The notes under the pieces: generated by a model
Database searches by the model: none
Told to the model about the DNA's origin: nothing
Seen by the model: only the letters and a program-made list of their open reading frames with translations
Shown here: positions 24,141 to 37,287 of the stretch, one piece after another
How positions within the stretch are numbered: the stretch's first letter is position 1
Layout of the letters: each line of letters starts with the position of its first letter
NCBI GenBank assembly: GCA_002269645.1
Contig: NIVC01000225.1
Location: forward strand, 628,146-692,145
Origin: Macrostomum lignano
Taxonomy: Eukaryota
Length of the DNA stretch: 64,000 nucleotides
Direction of reading: 5' to 3'
Translations under genes and position numbers: made by a program

Positions 24141-25253
24141 GCGCGACCGCAGAAGCCAAGCCTTCACCAAGACTAAACTATTTGGATATTCATATGCTAT
24201 CTACGAGCTAGTTCAGCTGCCGATGGGATTCCTAATTGGCTCTATCAAATTTTGTAAACCCTTTTCAGGCAAATCTTCATCAAATCATGATTCTCTACTA
24301 TTTAGCTCTCAATATTTCGCATCAACTAAGTTCATCGTGTTCTTTCTTTAGTGCTTTTTGCGACTAACCTTTAGAAGATTCGGAATTGACTTCGATTAGT
24401 AGTTGTCAAATTCAGCAGCATTCGGTTGTGTTTAGCTTTTGCCTATTCACCTGTTCTGCTCTGTCTGCTACTAATTACTACCTTGACTAATTATCGATCA
24501 CTAATGAGCGATAAAGCGTGAAACGTTAATAAATAGATTGGCATATTTAACCGGCTTTAATCTATGCCGGGTTTTAAAAACATTAAAGATAAAGAAAGGC
24601 ACAAAAACGGTTTTATTTATAAATTGATATCGTTTTCGTGTTTTATTACTCACAGTAGCTGCAGGTTGTAAAATAATTAATGCTACATAGGCAGAATGTT
24701 TGCAGCTCATTTCATAGTCTTTGACCTGCCTTCTAAACACTGGACCATTCTATTCTATTCCTATCCCTCCCTCGTTTCTTTCTCAACTGCGCTTCTCTAA
24801 GCCAGCTGAGTAGATTCGTGTGCAGTTGTTAAGTAAACTGCCTATTTTACGCGCACTGCTCTGCTCGCCTTCTACCTCTTCTCTTCTCTGTCGATTCAAG
24901 ATTGCTCATTTTTATTTCTTACCAGCACAGCCTGCATTAGCCTTGCCTCTAGGTAGAGGTAATTAAGAGAGAGAGAGAGAGGGCCACAGCCACCTCAACC
25001 TCCCCCTGACAACAGCCTAGTGACAGCTTATTCGAATATCGCTCAGTGTATTATTGTGTGTACTCAAGATTTTCTAAACTAGCCTATATAGACAAAGTGG
25101 CAAGGTGCGATCTTAACTATAAAATCTAAATTTTTAAAACACTAAAATTTAAACCTGTTTTTTAAATCATAATTAAATCGACACTCGAGGACATCCGTAC
25201 AGCGTTGGCTTGAGAATAATCGTAGTTTTAGTGTTGTTTCAAAGTATAGATAA

Positions 25254-25407
25254 ATGTCTCTCACTGCTGAAGACGTTTCGAACATGCCTGACGAGTGTGA
25301 AAATTTGTCAGTTGGTCCGGAGGGTGGCGATGGCTGTCCACCGTATGGTCAGTATCCAACTGATACCAGATTTAGGCGGCCGGATTATAAGTTCTACAAG
25401 ACCCTTG
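25254..25407 (+). CDS. Uncharacterised Pro-rich protein, exon 1
   Basis: MSLTAEDVSNMPDECENL...FRRPDYKFYKTL followed by the consensus donor G|GTAAGT (phase 1). Confidence 0.55.
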
Positions 25408-25425
25408 GTAAGTACGAGTATGCTG

Positions 25426-27900
25426 GAGTGTAAGGGACAGCCCATCGAGTGTGAGGGACAGACCATCGAGTGTGAGGGACAGACCATAGGGTGTGAGGGA
25501 CAGACCATAGGGTGTGAGGGACAGACCATAGAGTGTGAGGGACAGACCCTAGAGTGTGAGGGACAGACCATCGAGTGTGAGGGACAGACCATAGAGTGTG
25601 AGGGACAGACCCTAGAGTGTGAGGGACAGACCATCGAGTGTGAGGGACAGACCATCGAGTGTGAGGGACAGACCATAGAGTGTGAGGGACAGACCCTAGA
25701 GTGTGAGGGACAGACCATCGAGTGTGAGGGACAGACCCTAGAGTGTGAGGGACAGACCATCGAGTGTGAGGGACAGACCCTAGAGTGTGAGGGACAGACC
25801 ATCGAGTGTGAGGGACAGACCCTAGAGTGTGAGGGACAGACCATCGAGTGTGAGGGACAGACCCTAGAGTGTGAGGGACAGACCCTAGAGTGTGAGGGAC
25901 AGACCCTAGAGTGTGAGGGACAGACCATCGAGTGTGAGGGACAGACCATCGAGTGTAAGGGACAGCCCATCGAGTGTGAGGGACAGCCCATCGAGTGTGA
26001 GGGACAGACCATCGAGTGTGAGGGACAGACCATCGAGTGTGAGGGACAAACCATAGAGTGAGGGACAGACCAGAGTGTGAGGGACAGACCATCGAGTGTG
26101 AGGGACAGACCATCGAGTGTGAGGGACAGACCATAGGGTGTGAGGGACAGACCATAGAGTGTGAGGGACAGACCATAGAGTGTGAGGGACAGACCATCGA
26201 GTGTGAGGGACAGACGATAGGGTGTGAGGGACAGACCATAGAGTGTGAGGGACAGACCATAGGGTATGAGGGACAGACCATCGAGTGTGAGGGACAGACT
26301 ATAGGGTGTGAGGGACAGACCATAGGGTGTGAGGGACAGACCATAGAGTGTGAGGGACAGACCATAGAGTGTGAGGGACAGACCATCGAGTGTGAGGGAC
26401 AGACCATCGAGTGTGAGGGACAGACCATCGAGTGTGAGGGACAGACCATAGAGTGTGAGGGACAGACCATCGAGTGTGAGGGACAGACTATAGGGTGTGA
26501 GGGACAGACCATAGGGTGTGAGGGACAGACCATAGAGTGTGAGGGACAGACCATAGAGTGTGAGGGACAGACCATCGAGTGTGAGGGACAGACCATCGAG
26601 TGTGAGGGACAGACCATCGAGTGTGAGGGACAGACCATAGAGTGTGAGGGACAGACCATCGAGTGTGAGGGACAGACCATAGAGTGTGAGGGACAGACCA
26701 TCGAGTGTGAGGGACAGACCATAGGGTATGAGGGACAGACCATAGAGTGTGAGGCACAGACCATAGAGTGTGAGGGACAGACCATCGAGTGTGAGGGACA
26801 GACCATCGAGTGTGAGGGACAGACCATAGGGTATGAGGGACAGACCATAGAGTGAGGGACAGACCATAGAGTGTGAGCGACAGACCATCGGGTGTGAGGG
26901 ACAGACCATAGAGTGTGAGGGACAGACCATAGAGTGTGAGGGACAGACCATCGAGTGTGAGGGACAGACCATCGAGTGTGAGGGACAGACTATAGGGTGT
27001 GAGGGACAGACCATAGGGTGTGAGGGACAGACCATAGAGTGTGAGGGACAGACCATAGGGTATGAGGGACAGACCATCGAGTGTGAGGGACAGACCATCG
27101 AGTGTGAGGGACAGACCATAGGGTATGAGGGACAGACCATCGAGTGTGAGGGACAGACCATCGAGTGTGAGGGACAGACCATCGAGTGTGAGGGACAGAC
27201 CATCGAGTGTGAGGGACAGACCATAGGGTATGAGGGACAGACCATAGAGTGAGGGACAGACCATAGAGTGTGAGGGACAGACCATCGAGTGTGAGAGACA
27301 GACTATAGGGTGTGAGGGACAGACCATCGAGTGTGAGGGACAGACCATAGGGTGTGAGGGACAGACCATAGAGTGTGAGGGACAGACCATCGAGTGTGAG
27401 GGACAGACCATAGAGTGTGAGGGACAGACCATCGAGTGTGAGGGACAGACCATAGGGTATGAGGGACAGACCATAGAGTGAGGGACAGACCATAGAGTGT
27501 GAGGGACAGACCCTAGAGTGTGAGGGACAGACCATCGAGTGTGAGGGACAGACCCTAGAGTGTGAGGGACAGACCATCGAGTGTGAGGGACAGACCATAG
27601 GGTATGAGGGACAGACCATAGAGTGTGAGGGACAGACCATCGAGTGTGAGAGACAGACTATAGGGTGTGAGGGACAGACCATCGAGTGTGAGGGACAGAC
27701 CATAGGGTGTGAGGGACAGACCATAGAGTGTGAGGGACAGACCATCGAGTGTGAGGGACAGACCATAGAGTGTGAGGGACAGACCATCGAGTGTGAGGGA
27801 CAGACGATAGGGTGTGAGGGACAGACCATAGAGTGTGAGGGACAGACCATAGGGTGTGAGGGACAGACCATAGAGTGTGAGGGACAAACCAGAGTGTGAG
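25426..27900. repeat. 21-bp minisatellite (GAGGGACAGACCATCGAGTGT), intronic, ~118 copies
   Basis: Fills the putative intron 1; occasional units lack 2 nt. Confidence 0.95.
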
Positions 27901-27925
27901 CAAGAGCTCATTGTATTAATGACAG

Positions 27926-28801
27926 AAAATGGAAAGGGAAGGACAGATCCTCGACATCTGCTATTAAAATAAAAGCTGATTTTCAACAAAAAATTACTCA
28001 TCGATCGCACATGAGAACAGACGATTCGACGGAGTTTCTCCAACGAGTTCAGCAGCCACTGCCGCCCCCGCCGCCTCCACCGGTTCAACCTTCTCCTGAG
28101 CAGCAGCAGTCGCGATCAACTTCTCGACGCCCGGCAACTGCCTACGCCAGATGGCCACCGCGTCACCGACATCAGCAGATGCCGGCGCCCCCGCGAGAGC
28201 CCGAGCCAGGCTGGAGGCCCATCTACCCTGAGCCGGATCTGTCCACTCCGCGCCGCTCACGACCCGTCACCGCGCCGTCAAACAGATCTGGCAGTGCCGC
28301 TAGGGCCGCTTCGGCGACTAAAAGTATACGAGGTGTCGACGTCAGCGACGCCGACAACAACGAGGTTGTTGCTATGCCAACGACAGCGGAACTCGGAGAG
28401 CCGCCGTCGCCGCAGCCAGTTCAACTGACGACCCCGACGCCTCTAACTGTCGTCGATTTCAAAGAAGCGGCCTGCGCCCCGACTCAACAGCTGCAGCAGC
28501 CGGTGCCGCCACCACCGCCCCCTCCGCCGCCGCCTCCCCCAGCATCATCTTCGGCTGCTCGATTCTATCGACCAAAAACTGCCCCGGGACGAGTGGCTTC
28601 CGCGGCGTCAGCGTCAGCGATGGCTGCTTCTGGTGGCCTGCAGATTCAAGGCCACCGACTCCTGCCTGCGGAGCGAGCGAAATCGGCGAAATCTGGCAGC
28701 AGCGGCGGCGGCGGCATCCGGCAGCTGTCTGAAGCCTACGATCGGGCTCTGGCTGTGCACGGCTGGCGTATGGAGGTGCCCGGAGATCCGTTTGGCATCA
28801 A
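27926..28801 (+). CDS. Uncharacterised Pro-rich protein, exon 2 (needs a 1-nt frame correction near 27966-27970)
   Basis: Acceptor AATGACAG|AA. Long GC-rich open frame through GWRMEVPGDPFGIK; donor AA|GTGAGC, phase 2. Confidence 0.6.
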
Positions 28802-28974
28802 GTGAGCGATTCTATGCAATATTTGTTCAAGTTAACTATTGGAGTTAATGTGCTTTTCAAATTCGTACACATATTTGATTCCAGTCAGTATAATCCCTGA
28901 GATAGTGGAATTTCAGGCTGAAGTTCATTAAGATTTTATCCCGAGCGCTCCTTGTTCTTCGCTGCCTTTTGTTA

Positions 28975-29350
28975 GTTATTTTGTTGATGCTGTTTTTGTT
29001 GTTGTTGATATTGTTGTTGATGTTGTCGTTGTTGATGGTGTTGTTGCTGTTGTTGTTGATGATGATTATGTTGTTGTTGATGTTGTTGTTAATTTTGATG
29101 ATGTTGATGTTTTTTTGTTGTTAATGTTGTTGTTGTTGATGATGTTGTTGTTGATGTTGTTGTTTTTGATGATGTTGATGTTGTTGATTTTGATTATGTT
29201 GATGTTGTTGTTAATATTGTTGTTAATGTATTTGCTATGTTGTTGTTAATGTTGTTGCTAATGTTAATGATGATGATGTTGTTGACGATGATGCTGTTTT
29301 TGTTGATGATATTGTTGTTGTTGTTGTTGATGATTATGATGTTGCTTTTT
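28975..29350. repeat. Degenerate (TTG/GAT)n low-complexity tract, intronic
   Basis: Read directly from sequence. Confidence 0.85.
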
Positions 29351-29502
29351 GCTGTTTTTATTATTTCGATAAATCTCAAATCTCAGAATTTATTATTTGA
29401 TTTTCTAGGTAGTTTTTAAGTGATACTTTGTTCTGCATCAAAGTTGATCACCACGCTACTTTGACATATCAACTACATTCCCTGATCGCTCCCAACCCTC
29501 AG

Positions 29503-29749
29503 GCACCACCTGGTTCCGGAGCGGAAGCCATTCTCCGTGACGGTTCCCGAGCCCACCGTGAAGCCGCTGCCGCCGCGCATGCGCCGCACCAATCGGTTCA
29601 CATTTTTCCACACCACAATGCCCCGGGTGGTGATGAGCTTCGATATTCATCCGAATTTCACGTCCGAGCAGTACGCCAAAACCCGGGCTGCCCTGGTGAA
29701 GCAGGGCAAGTGGGATTATCGGTACCGCGACTTCTCGTTCATTTACTGA
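29503..29749 (+). CDS. Uncharacterised Pro-rich protein, exon 3 (terminal)
   Basis: Acceptor CCCTCAG|G, phase 2 and in frame: KHHLVPERKPF...VMSFDIHPNFTSEQYAK...DFSFIY*. Confidence 0.7.
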
Positions 29750-32052
29750 TCGATGCTTTCCCCGGGGACTCTTATTTCTCTAAGTGGATGTCAGCTTCAG
29801 CGCCACTGGACTGCAACCGACTGCAATATTGATAGCCGGGATAACCCGGATAGTGGATTCCAAACACCTCAGACCAGGTCCCATAGTAAACGCGTCTGAC
29901 TTTAGCGCCACAGGACCCCTGGTTTGATTTACATTCATTTGGGGCTTGTGCGCATAAAAATTGGCCAGGGGAGCCCCCAAGACACAGAGAGTGTACATGC
30001 CTGACGATTAGAAAGTCAGGGCCGCTGTACACCCTGTCTGATCGTGGGTATGAGTGCGTATATGTGCCCAAGAGTCAGTCTTATTTTGTGACGATGTTGC
30101 AAGACTGCTTTTTTCTAAAACTTGTTATTGGTTTATTCAAATCTCTCACTTCGACTCGCAAGGCTCTAGAATGGAACCGAGTTAACGCAGGATCCAACAG
30201 GATCACAAGCGTTTGCACATGATCACAGATACTTCCCAATATTCTAGTTTATCTCTTTCATGGAGGCTGCCTGGACAGGTTATGGGTATTGCAGTTGGTC
30301 TCATTCCGGTGGCTGCTTTATTTAACATCCTCACTCTGTTTATTTTCAAAAAGAAAAAGTTCGGCTAGATTGATTCGTTTATTTGGAGGAAGTATTTTTA
30401 GTATATGTGACTAGCGGTTTTAGCCCCCCTCTGGGGGTTTTGGAAATAGCTTTAAACAGCCGATTCACGAGGAACAGTTCTTGTAAGGTGATCCTCTTGT
30501 GAAATTTGTATTTTTAATTCGAGGTTTGAAATAATCATCATTTATGACTCGAAACTTGTAACTCTTTTGTTTTGTTACACAATACGTGTTTATACAATCA
30601 TATATTATCTGTGGATACTATATCAGGTTTATCAGCTATTTTACTCTTGCTATTTATGTGTGTCTGAAGCATTGGATATGAGCGAGTGTGTGTGCATGAC
30701 TGAGATTGTATTTGTGTGCATGAATATTCAAGTGCTATATTCAATTATATCTGTTTAATAAATAATATGTTTGAATTTCTAAACCTGAATATGCAGTGAG
30801 TAGATTCTACTGTCATTGTTTCGTTTGGTTTGATCAGCTTATTTATTTGTTTTAATCGACATTCTCTAGTATCTCGTCCAAAACAAGATAAAATTATAGC
30901 TTTTCACTTCATACTACTGAGGCTGCTCGAGTAAGTAGTGTTAAAGTCAAGCGGTTTCTGATCACAATTTAGGTCTTAGGTGAATAGTACGCGTTACTTC
31001 AGTGAGCCAAACTCTCCCGTCAGCTTCAATTAGTTAATTAATTACCGACTCAAGTTGGGCTGAAAAATGCAGACAAGGAATCCAGCTATATAGCGATGCC
31101 GGTGCATCGCAGCTACGCCTCTCGCTTTCAATTAGTCCGAGATGGTGATGAGGGGGGCGCCGTCAGCTGCATCCTTTGTTGTCCTGCATATCCTTACTAA
31201 CGACTGAAGGTGACTGTAGTTGGATCAAGTGAAATTGACAATTTCTACCTTCCATAATATGATCATATAATTAGTTCGGTATCCAAAAAAGTTTCCGGTA
31301 GCTAGACTAATTAATTAGATTTATAATTTAGCAAAGTAGCACAACTGATTCTGGCTTCATTTGGCGCTAAATTTAGGCTTTATGTGGCGCTAAAATATAA
31401 GCTCCATTTGGCGCTAAAATTTCGTACCACAAGTATAGTATAGTGTAAAACCATCAATTGAAATCGACACTAATATATGCATTAAAGCGAATAGAGCAAT
31501 TGTGTGAAATATTGAGCTAGACAGGTCAAATGCAATCTACTTTTGAATATATCGATACTGTAAGAAAATATGAAGCCCCCAGCCTACCGCGCACCTTTTA
31601 AATACATTGGATCGATTCTTATAGCTACATTCGGAAAGACCATTTTCAACTGATTCTAAGCAACATATACAAGCCTGTGCATGCAAAATGCATATACTTC
31701 GTAGCTTTGAATAGTCTACAGCATGGAATGGAAGTATACAATATTGAGTCGCTTTGGGGGTGTTTTGGACTTTTAGCCATGCATATCTTTTTAGTGAAAA
31801 GTTCTCTTTAGTAAAGCTACTATGTGGCGCCTCATCGCATTACACATGCAGTCAACGATACTACTAACCATCGCTTGTAGTCAAGTGACTGAAACTTACG
31901 TATGATAATTTGGCATGTCTGAGGTCTTTCAGTCTTCAGCGCGTTTGTGTAATGACAATTAAGGGAAAGGCTCGATTCTCAGATTCTTAGGAGAGGCAGT
32001 AAGACAGACACCAAAGCCGATGCCAAGACAATAGGGCAGACTCTGTGACGGC

Positions 32053-33090
32053 CACAGGGACAGACATGGGGAAAGACTGACACTGGGACAGACAGTAGGA
32101 CAGGCATTGGGACAGACAGTAGGACAGGCATTGGGACAGACACTAAGACAGACACTGGGATAGACAGTAGGACAGACACTGGGACAGACACTGGGACAGA
32201 CACTGGGACAGACAATGGAACAGACAATGGGACAGACACTGGGACAGACACTGGGACAGACACTGGGACAGACACTGGGACAGACACTGGGACAGACACT
32301 GGGACAGACACTGGGACAGACACTAGCTGGGACAGACACTAGGACAGATACTGGGACAGACACTGGGACAGACACTGGGACAGACACTGGGACAGACACT
32401 AGGACAGATACTGGGACAGATACTGGGACAGACACTGGGACAGACACTGGGACAGACACTGGGACAGATACTGGGACAGACACTGGGACAGACACTGGGA
32501 CAGATACTGGGACAGACACTGGGACAGACACTGGGACAGACACTGGGACAGACACTAAGACAGACACTGGGACAGACAGTAGGACAGACACTAGGATAGA
32601 CACTGGGACAGACACTAGGACAGACACTGGGACAGACACTGGGACAGACGCTAGGACAGACACTGGGACAGATACTGGGACAGACACTAGGACAGATACT
32701 GGGACAGACACTGGGACAGACGCTAGGACAGACACTGGGACAGACACTGGGACAGACACTAGGACAGACACTGGGACAGACACTGGGACAGACACTAGGA
32801 CAGACACTGGGACAGACAGTAGGACAGACACTGGGACAGACACTGGGACAGACACTGGGACAGACACTGGGACAGACACTGGGACAGATACTGGGACAGA
32901 CACAGGGACAAACACTGGGACAGACACAGGGACAAACACTGGGACAGACACTGGGACAGACACTGGGACAGACACTGGGACAGACAATGGGACAGACACA
33001 GGGACAAACACTGGGACAGACACTGGGACAGACACTAGGACAAACACTGGGACAGACACTGGGACAGACACTGGGACAGACACTCAGACA
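32053..33090 (+). repeat. 12-bp minisatellite (GGGACAGACACT)n
   Basis: About 85 copies. Confidence 0.95.
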
Positions 33091-33716
33091 AACGCTGTGA
33101 CGCAGACACTAACAATGCAGCAACAATAACAGCCTGAAATGTGTATAATTACAATAGCTAAGCTTATACTAAGAATTTTCCATTAGCCTCTCAAATGGCC
33201 AGCGAAGCGCCATAAATCTGTTACTGGGGCGCTGGCTAGCCGGCCAAAAACTGAAGGCGGAGCAGCTGCAAAAATTGCCACGCCAATTTCCAATTCAATT
33301 GATTTTCTCCCTCCTCATCAGCTCTCTCGCGTCAAACCTTTCTCACCTGCCCTGACTGCGCGTCAATCGATACTTAAATCAGCGCGCTCTGCACTGTTTG
33401 GATGAATTTGGCAGTCAGGAGGCCGACTCAATTAGCCAAGCGCCATCTCCCAAACCTACTCAGCAGCTCTGACAAGAAACTTGAGTCCTAGTCCCGCGCA
33501 GCTGGACCTCGTCCCCTCCCCACCCCGTCCTACGGCCGTAATTGCTCAGCTGCTTCGATCCACTAATTAGTCGGCTGGAAGCCTGGCGTCCTTTCTAAAA
33601 AATGAAAGTGACCTTCTCTGCGGGGGAGCTTGCGGTCCGAGACTGCCTGCCTGAGTGCCATTAAGGCTAATTAGAGTCCGCATTTTTGCCTGCCTGCCTG
33701 TCCGCCTGTGCCTTAG

Positions 33717-36700
33717 AGTCTGTCCCAGTGTCTGTCCCAGTGTCTGTCCCTGTATCTGTCCCAGTGTCTGTTCCAGTGTCTGTCCCAGTGTCTGTCCCAG
33801 TGTCTGTCCCAGTGTCTGTCCCAGTGTCTGTCCCAGTGTCTGTCCCAGTGTCTGTCCCAGTGTCTGTCCCAGTGTCTGTCCCAGTGTCTGTCCCAGTGTC
33901 TGTCCCAGTGTCTGTCCCATTGTCTGTCCCTGTATCTGTCCCAGTGTCTGTCCCAGTATCTGTCCTAGTGTCTGTCCTAGTGTCTGTCCCAGTGTCTGTC
34001 CCAGTGTCTGTCCCATTGTCTGACCCAGTGTCTGTCCCAGTGTCTGTCCCAGTGTCTGTCCCAGTGTCTGTCCCAGTCTCTGTCCCAGTGTCTGTCCCAG
34101 TGTCTGTCCCAGTGTCTGTCCCAGTGTCTGTCCCAGTATCTGTCCCAGTGTCTGTCCCTGTATCTGTCCCAGTGTCTGTCTCAGTATCTGTCCTAGTGTC
34201 TGTCCCAGTGTCTGTCCCTGTATCTGTCCCAGTGTCTGTCCCAGTGTCCGTCCCTGTATCTGTCCCAGTGTCTGTCTCAGTATCTGTCCTAGTGTCTGTC
34301 CCAGTGTCTGTCCCTGTATCTGTCCCAGTGTCTGTCCCAGTGTCCGTCCCTGTATCTGTCCCAGTGTCTGTCCCAGTGTCTGTCCCAGTATCTGTCCCAG
34401 TGTCTGTCCCAGTATCTGTCCTAGTGTCTGTCCTAGTGTCTGTCCCAGTGTCTGTCCCAGTGTCTGTCCCAGTGTCTGTCCCAGTATCTGTCCTTGTGTC
34501 TGTCCTAGTGTCTGTCCCAGTGTCTGTCCCATTGTCTGTCCCTGTATCTGTCCCAGTGTCTGTCCCAGTATCTGTCCTAGTGTCTGTCCTAGTGTCTGTC
34601 CCAGTGTCTGTCCCAGTGTCTGTCCCAGTATCTGTCCTAGTGTTTGTCCCAGTGTCTGTCCCAGTGTCTGTCCCATTGTCTGTCCCATTGTCTGACCCAG
34701 TGTCTGTCCCAGTGTCTGTCCCATTGTCTGACCCAGTGTCTGTCCCAGTGTCTGTCCCAGTGTCTGTCCCAGTATCTGTCCCAGTGTCTGTCCCAGTATC
34801 TGTCCTAGTGTCTGTCCCAGTGTCTGTCCCAGTGTCTGTCCCATTGTCTGTCCCTGTATCTGTCCCAGTGTCTGTCCCTGTATCTGTCCCAGTGTCTGTC
34901 CCAGTGTCCGTCCCTGTATCTGTCCCAGTGTCTGTCCCAGTATCTGTCCTAGTGTCTGTCCTAGTGTCTGTCCCAGTGTCTGTCCCAGTGTCTGTCCCAG
35001 TGTCTGTCCCAGTATCTGTCCTAGTGTTTGTCCCAGTGTCTGTCCCAGTGTCTGTCCCATTGTCTGTCCCATTGTCTGACCCAGTGTCTGTCCCAGTGTC
35101 TGTCCCAGTGTCTGTCCCAGTATCTGTCCTAGTGTCTGTCCCAGTGTCTGTCCCAGTGTCTGTCCCATTGTCTGACCCAGTGTCTGTCCCAGTGTCTGTC
35201 CCAGTGTCTGTCCCAGTATCTGTCCCAGTGTCTGTCCCAGTATCTGTCCTAGTGTCTGTCCTAGTGTCTGTCCCAGTGTCTGTCCCAGTGTCTGTCCCAG
35301 TGTCTGTCCCAGTATCTGTCCTTGTGTCTGTCCTAGTGTCTGTCCCAGTGTCTGTCCCATTGTCTGTCCCTGTATCTGTCCCAGTGTCTGTCCCAGTATC
35401 TGTCCTAGTGTCTGTCCTAGTGTCTGTCCCAGTGTCTGTCCCAGTGTCTGTCCCAGTGTCTGTCCCAGTATCTGTCCTAGTGTTTGTCCCAGTGTCTATC
35501 CCAGTGTCTGTCCCATTGTCTGTCCCATTGTCTGACCCAGTGTCTGTCCCAGTGTCTGTCCCAGTGTCTGTCCCAGTATCTGTCCTAGTGTCTGTCCCAG
35601 TGTCTGTCCCAGTGTCTGTCCTATTGTCTGACCCAGTGTCTGTCCCAGTGTCTGTCCCAGTGTCTGTCCCAGTATCTGTCCCAGTGTCTGTCCCAGTATC
35701 TGTCCTAGTGTCTGTCCCAGTGTCTGTCCCAGTGTCTGTCCCATTGTCTGTCCCTGTATCTGTCCCAGTGTCTGTCCCAGTATCTGTCCTAGTGTCTGTC
35801 CTAGTGTCTGTCCCAGTGTCTGTCCCAGTGTCTGTCCTATTGTCTGACCCAGTGTCTGTCCCAGTGTCTGTCTCAGTGTCTGTCTCAGTGTCTGTCCCAG
35901 TTTCTGTCCCAGTGTCTGTCCCAGTGTCTGTCCCAGTGTCTGTCTCAGTGTCTGTCTCAGTGTCTGTCCCAGTTTCTGTCCCAGTGTCTGTCCCAGTGTC
36001 TGTCCCAGTGTCTGTCCCAGTGTCTGTCTCAGTGTCTGTCTCAGTGTCTGTCCCAGTTTCTGTCCCAGTGTTTGTCCCAGTGTCTGTCCCAGTGTCTGTC
36101 CCAGTGTTTGTCTTAGTGTCTGTCCCAGTGTCTGTCCCAGTGTCTGTCCCAGTGTCTGTTTCAGTGTCTGTCTCAGTGTCTGTCCCAGTTTCTGTCCCAG
36201 TGTCTGTCCCAGTGTCTGTCCCAGTGTCTGTCCCAGTGTCTGTCTCAGTGTCTGTCCCAGTTTCTGTCCCAGTGTCTGTCCCAGTGTCTGTCCCAGTGTC
36301 TGTCCCAGTGTCTGTCTCAGTGTCTGTCTCAGTGTCTGTCCCAGTTTCTGTCCCAGTGTCTGTCCCAGTGTCTGTCCCAGTGTCTGTCCCAGTGTCTGTC
36401 TCAGTGTCTGTCCCAGTGTCTGTCCCAGTGTCTGTCCCAGTGTCTGTCCCAGTGTCTGTCTCAGTGTCTGTCCCAGTGTCTGTCCCAGTGTCTGTCCCAG
36501 TGTCTGTCCCAGTGTCTGTCTCAGTGTCTGTCTCAGTGTCTGTCTCAGTGTCTGTCCCAGTTTCTGTCCCAGTGTCTGTCCCAGTGTCTGTCCCAGTGTC
36601 TGTCTCAGTGTCTGTCCCAGTGTCTGTCCCAGTGTCTGTCCCAGTTTCTGTCCCAGTGTCTGTCCCAGTGTCTGTCCTACTGTCTGTCCCAGTGTCTGTC

Positions 36701-37287
36701 CCAGTGTCTGTCCTAGTGTCTGTCCCAGTGTCTGTCCCAGTGTCTGTCCCAGTGTCTGTCCCAGTGTCTGTCCCATTGTCTGTCCCAGTGTTTGTCCCAG
36801 TGTCTGTCCCAGTGTCTGTCCCAGTGTCTGTCCTAGTGTCTGTCCCAGTATCTGTCCCAGTGTCTGTGTTAGTGTCTGTCCCAGTGTCTGTCCCAGTGTC
36901 TGTCCCAGTGTCTGTCCCAGTGTTTGTCCCAGTGTCTGTCCCAGTGTCTGTCCCAGTGTCTGTCCCAGTGTCTGTCCCTGTGTCTGTCCCAGTGTCTGTC
37001 CTAGTGTCTGTCCCTGTGTCTGTCCCAGTGTCTGTCCCAGTGTCGGTCCCTGTGTCTGTTCCAGTGTCTGTCCTACTCTGTCCCAGTGTCTGTCCTACTG
37101 TCTGTCCCAGTGTCTGTCCCAGTGTCTGTCCCAGTGTCTGTCCCAGTGTTTGTCCCAGTGTCTGTCCCAGTGTTTGTCCCAGTGTCTGTCCCAGTGTCTG
37201 TCCCTGTGTCTGTCCCAGTGTTTGTCCCAGTGTCTATCCCAGTGTCTGTCCCAGTGTCTGTCCCAGTGTCTGTCCTAGTGTCTGTCC
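33717..37287 (-). repeat. Same 12-bp minisatellite in opposite orientation (TGTCCCAGTGTC)n
   Basis: About 295 copies; reverse complement of the 32053-33090 unit. Confidence 0.95.

Noticed and set aside
25210-27903. (CEGQTIE)n and (MVCPSHS)n Cys-rich ORFs
   Set aside because: Translations of the 21-bp intronic minisatellite, which lies between a consensus donor and acceptor.
30219-30368. 49-aa ORF with a hydrophobic stretch resembling GPCR TM1 (VMGIAVGLIPVAALFNILTLFIFKKKK)
   Set aside because: It is short, followed by multiple stops, and lacks a recognisable TM2-TM7; could be chance.
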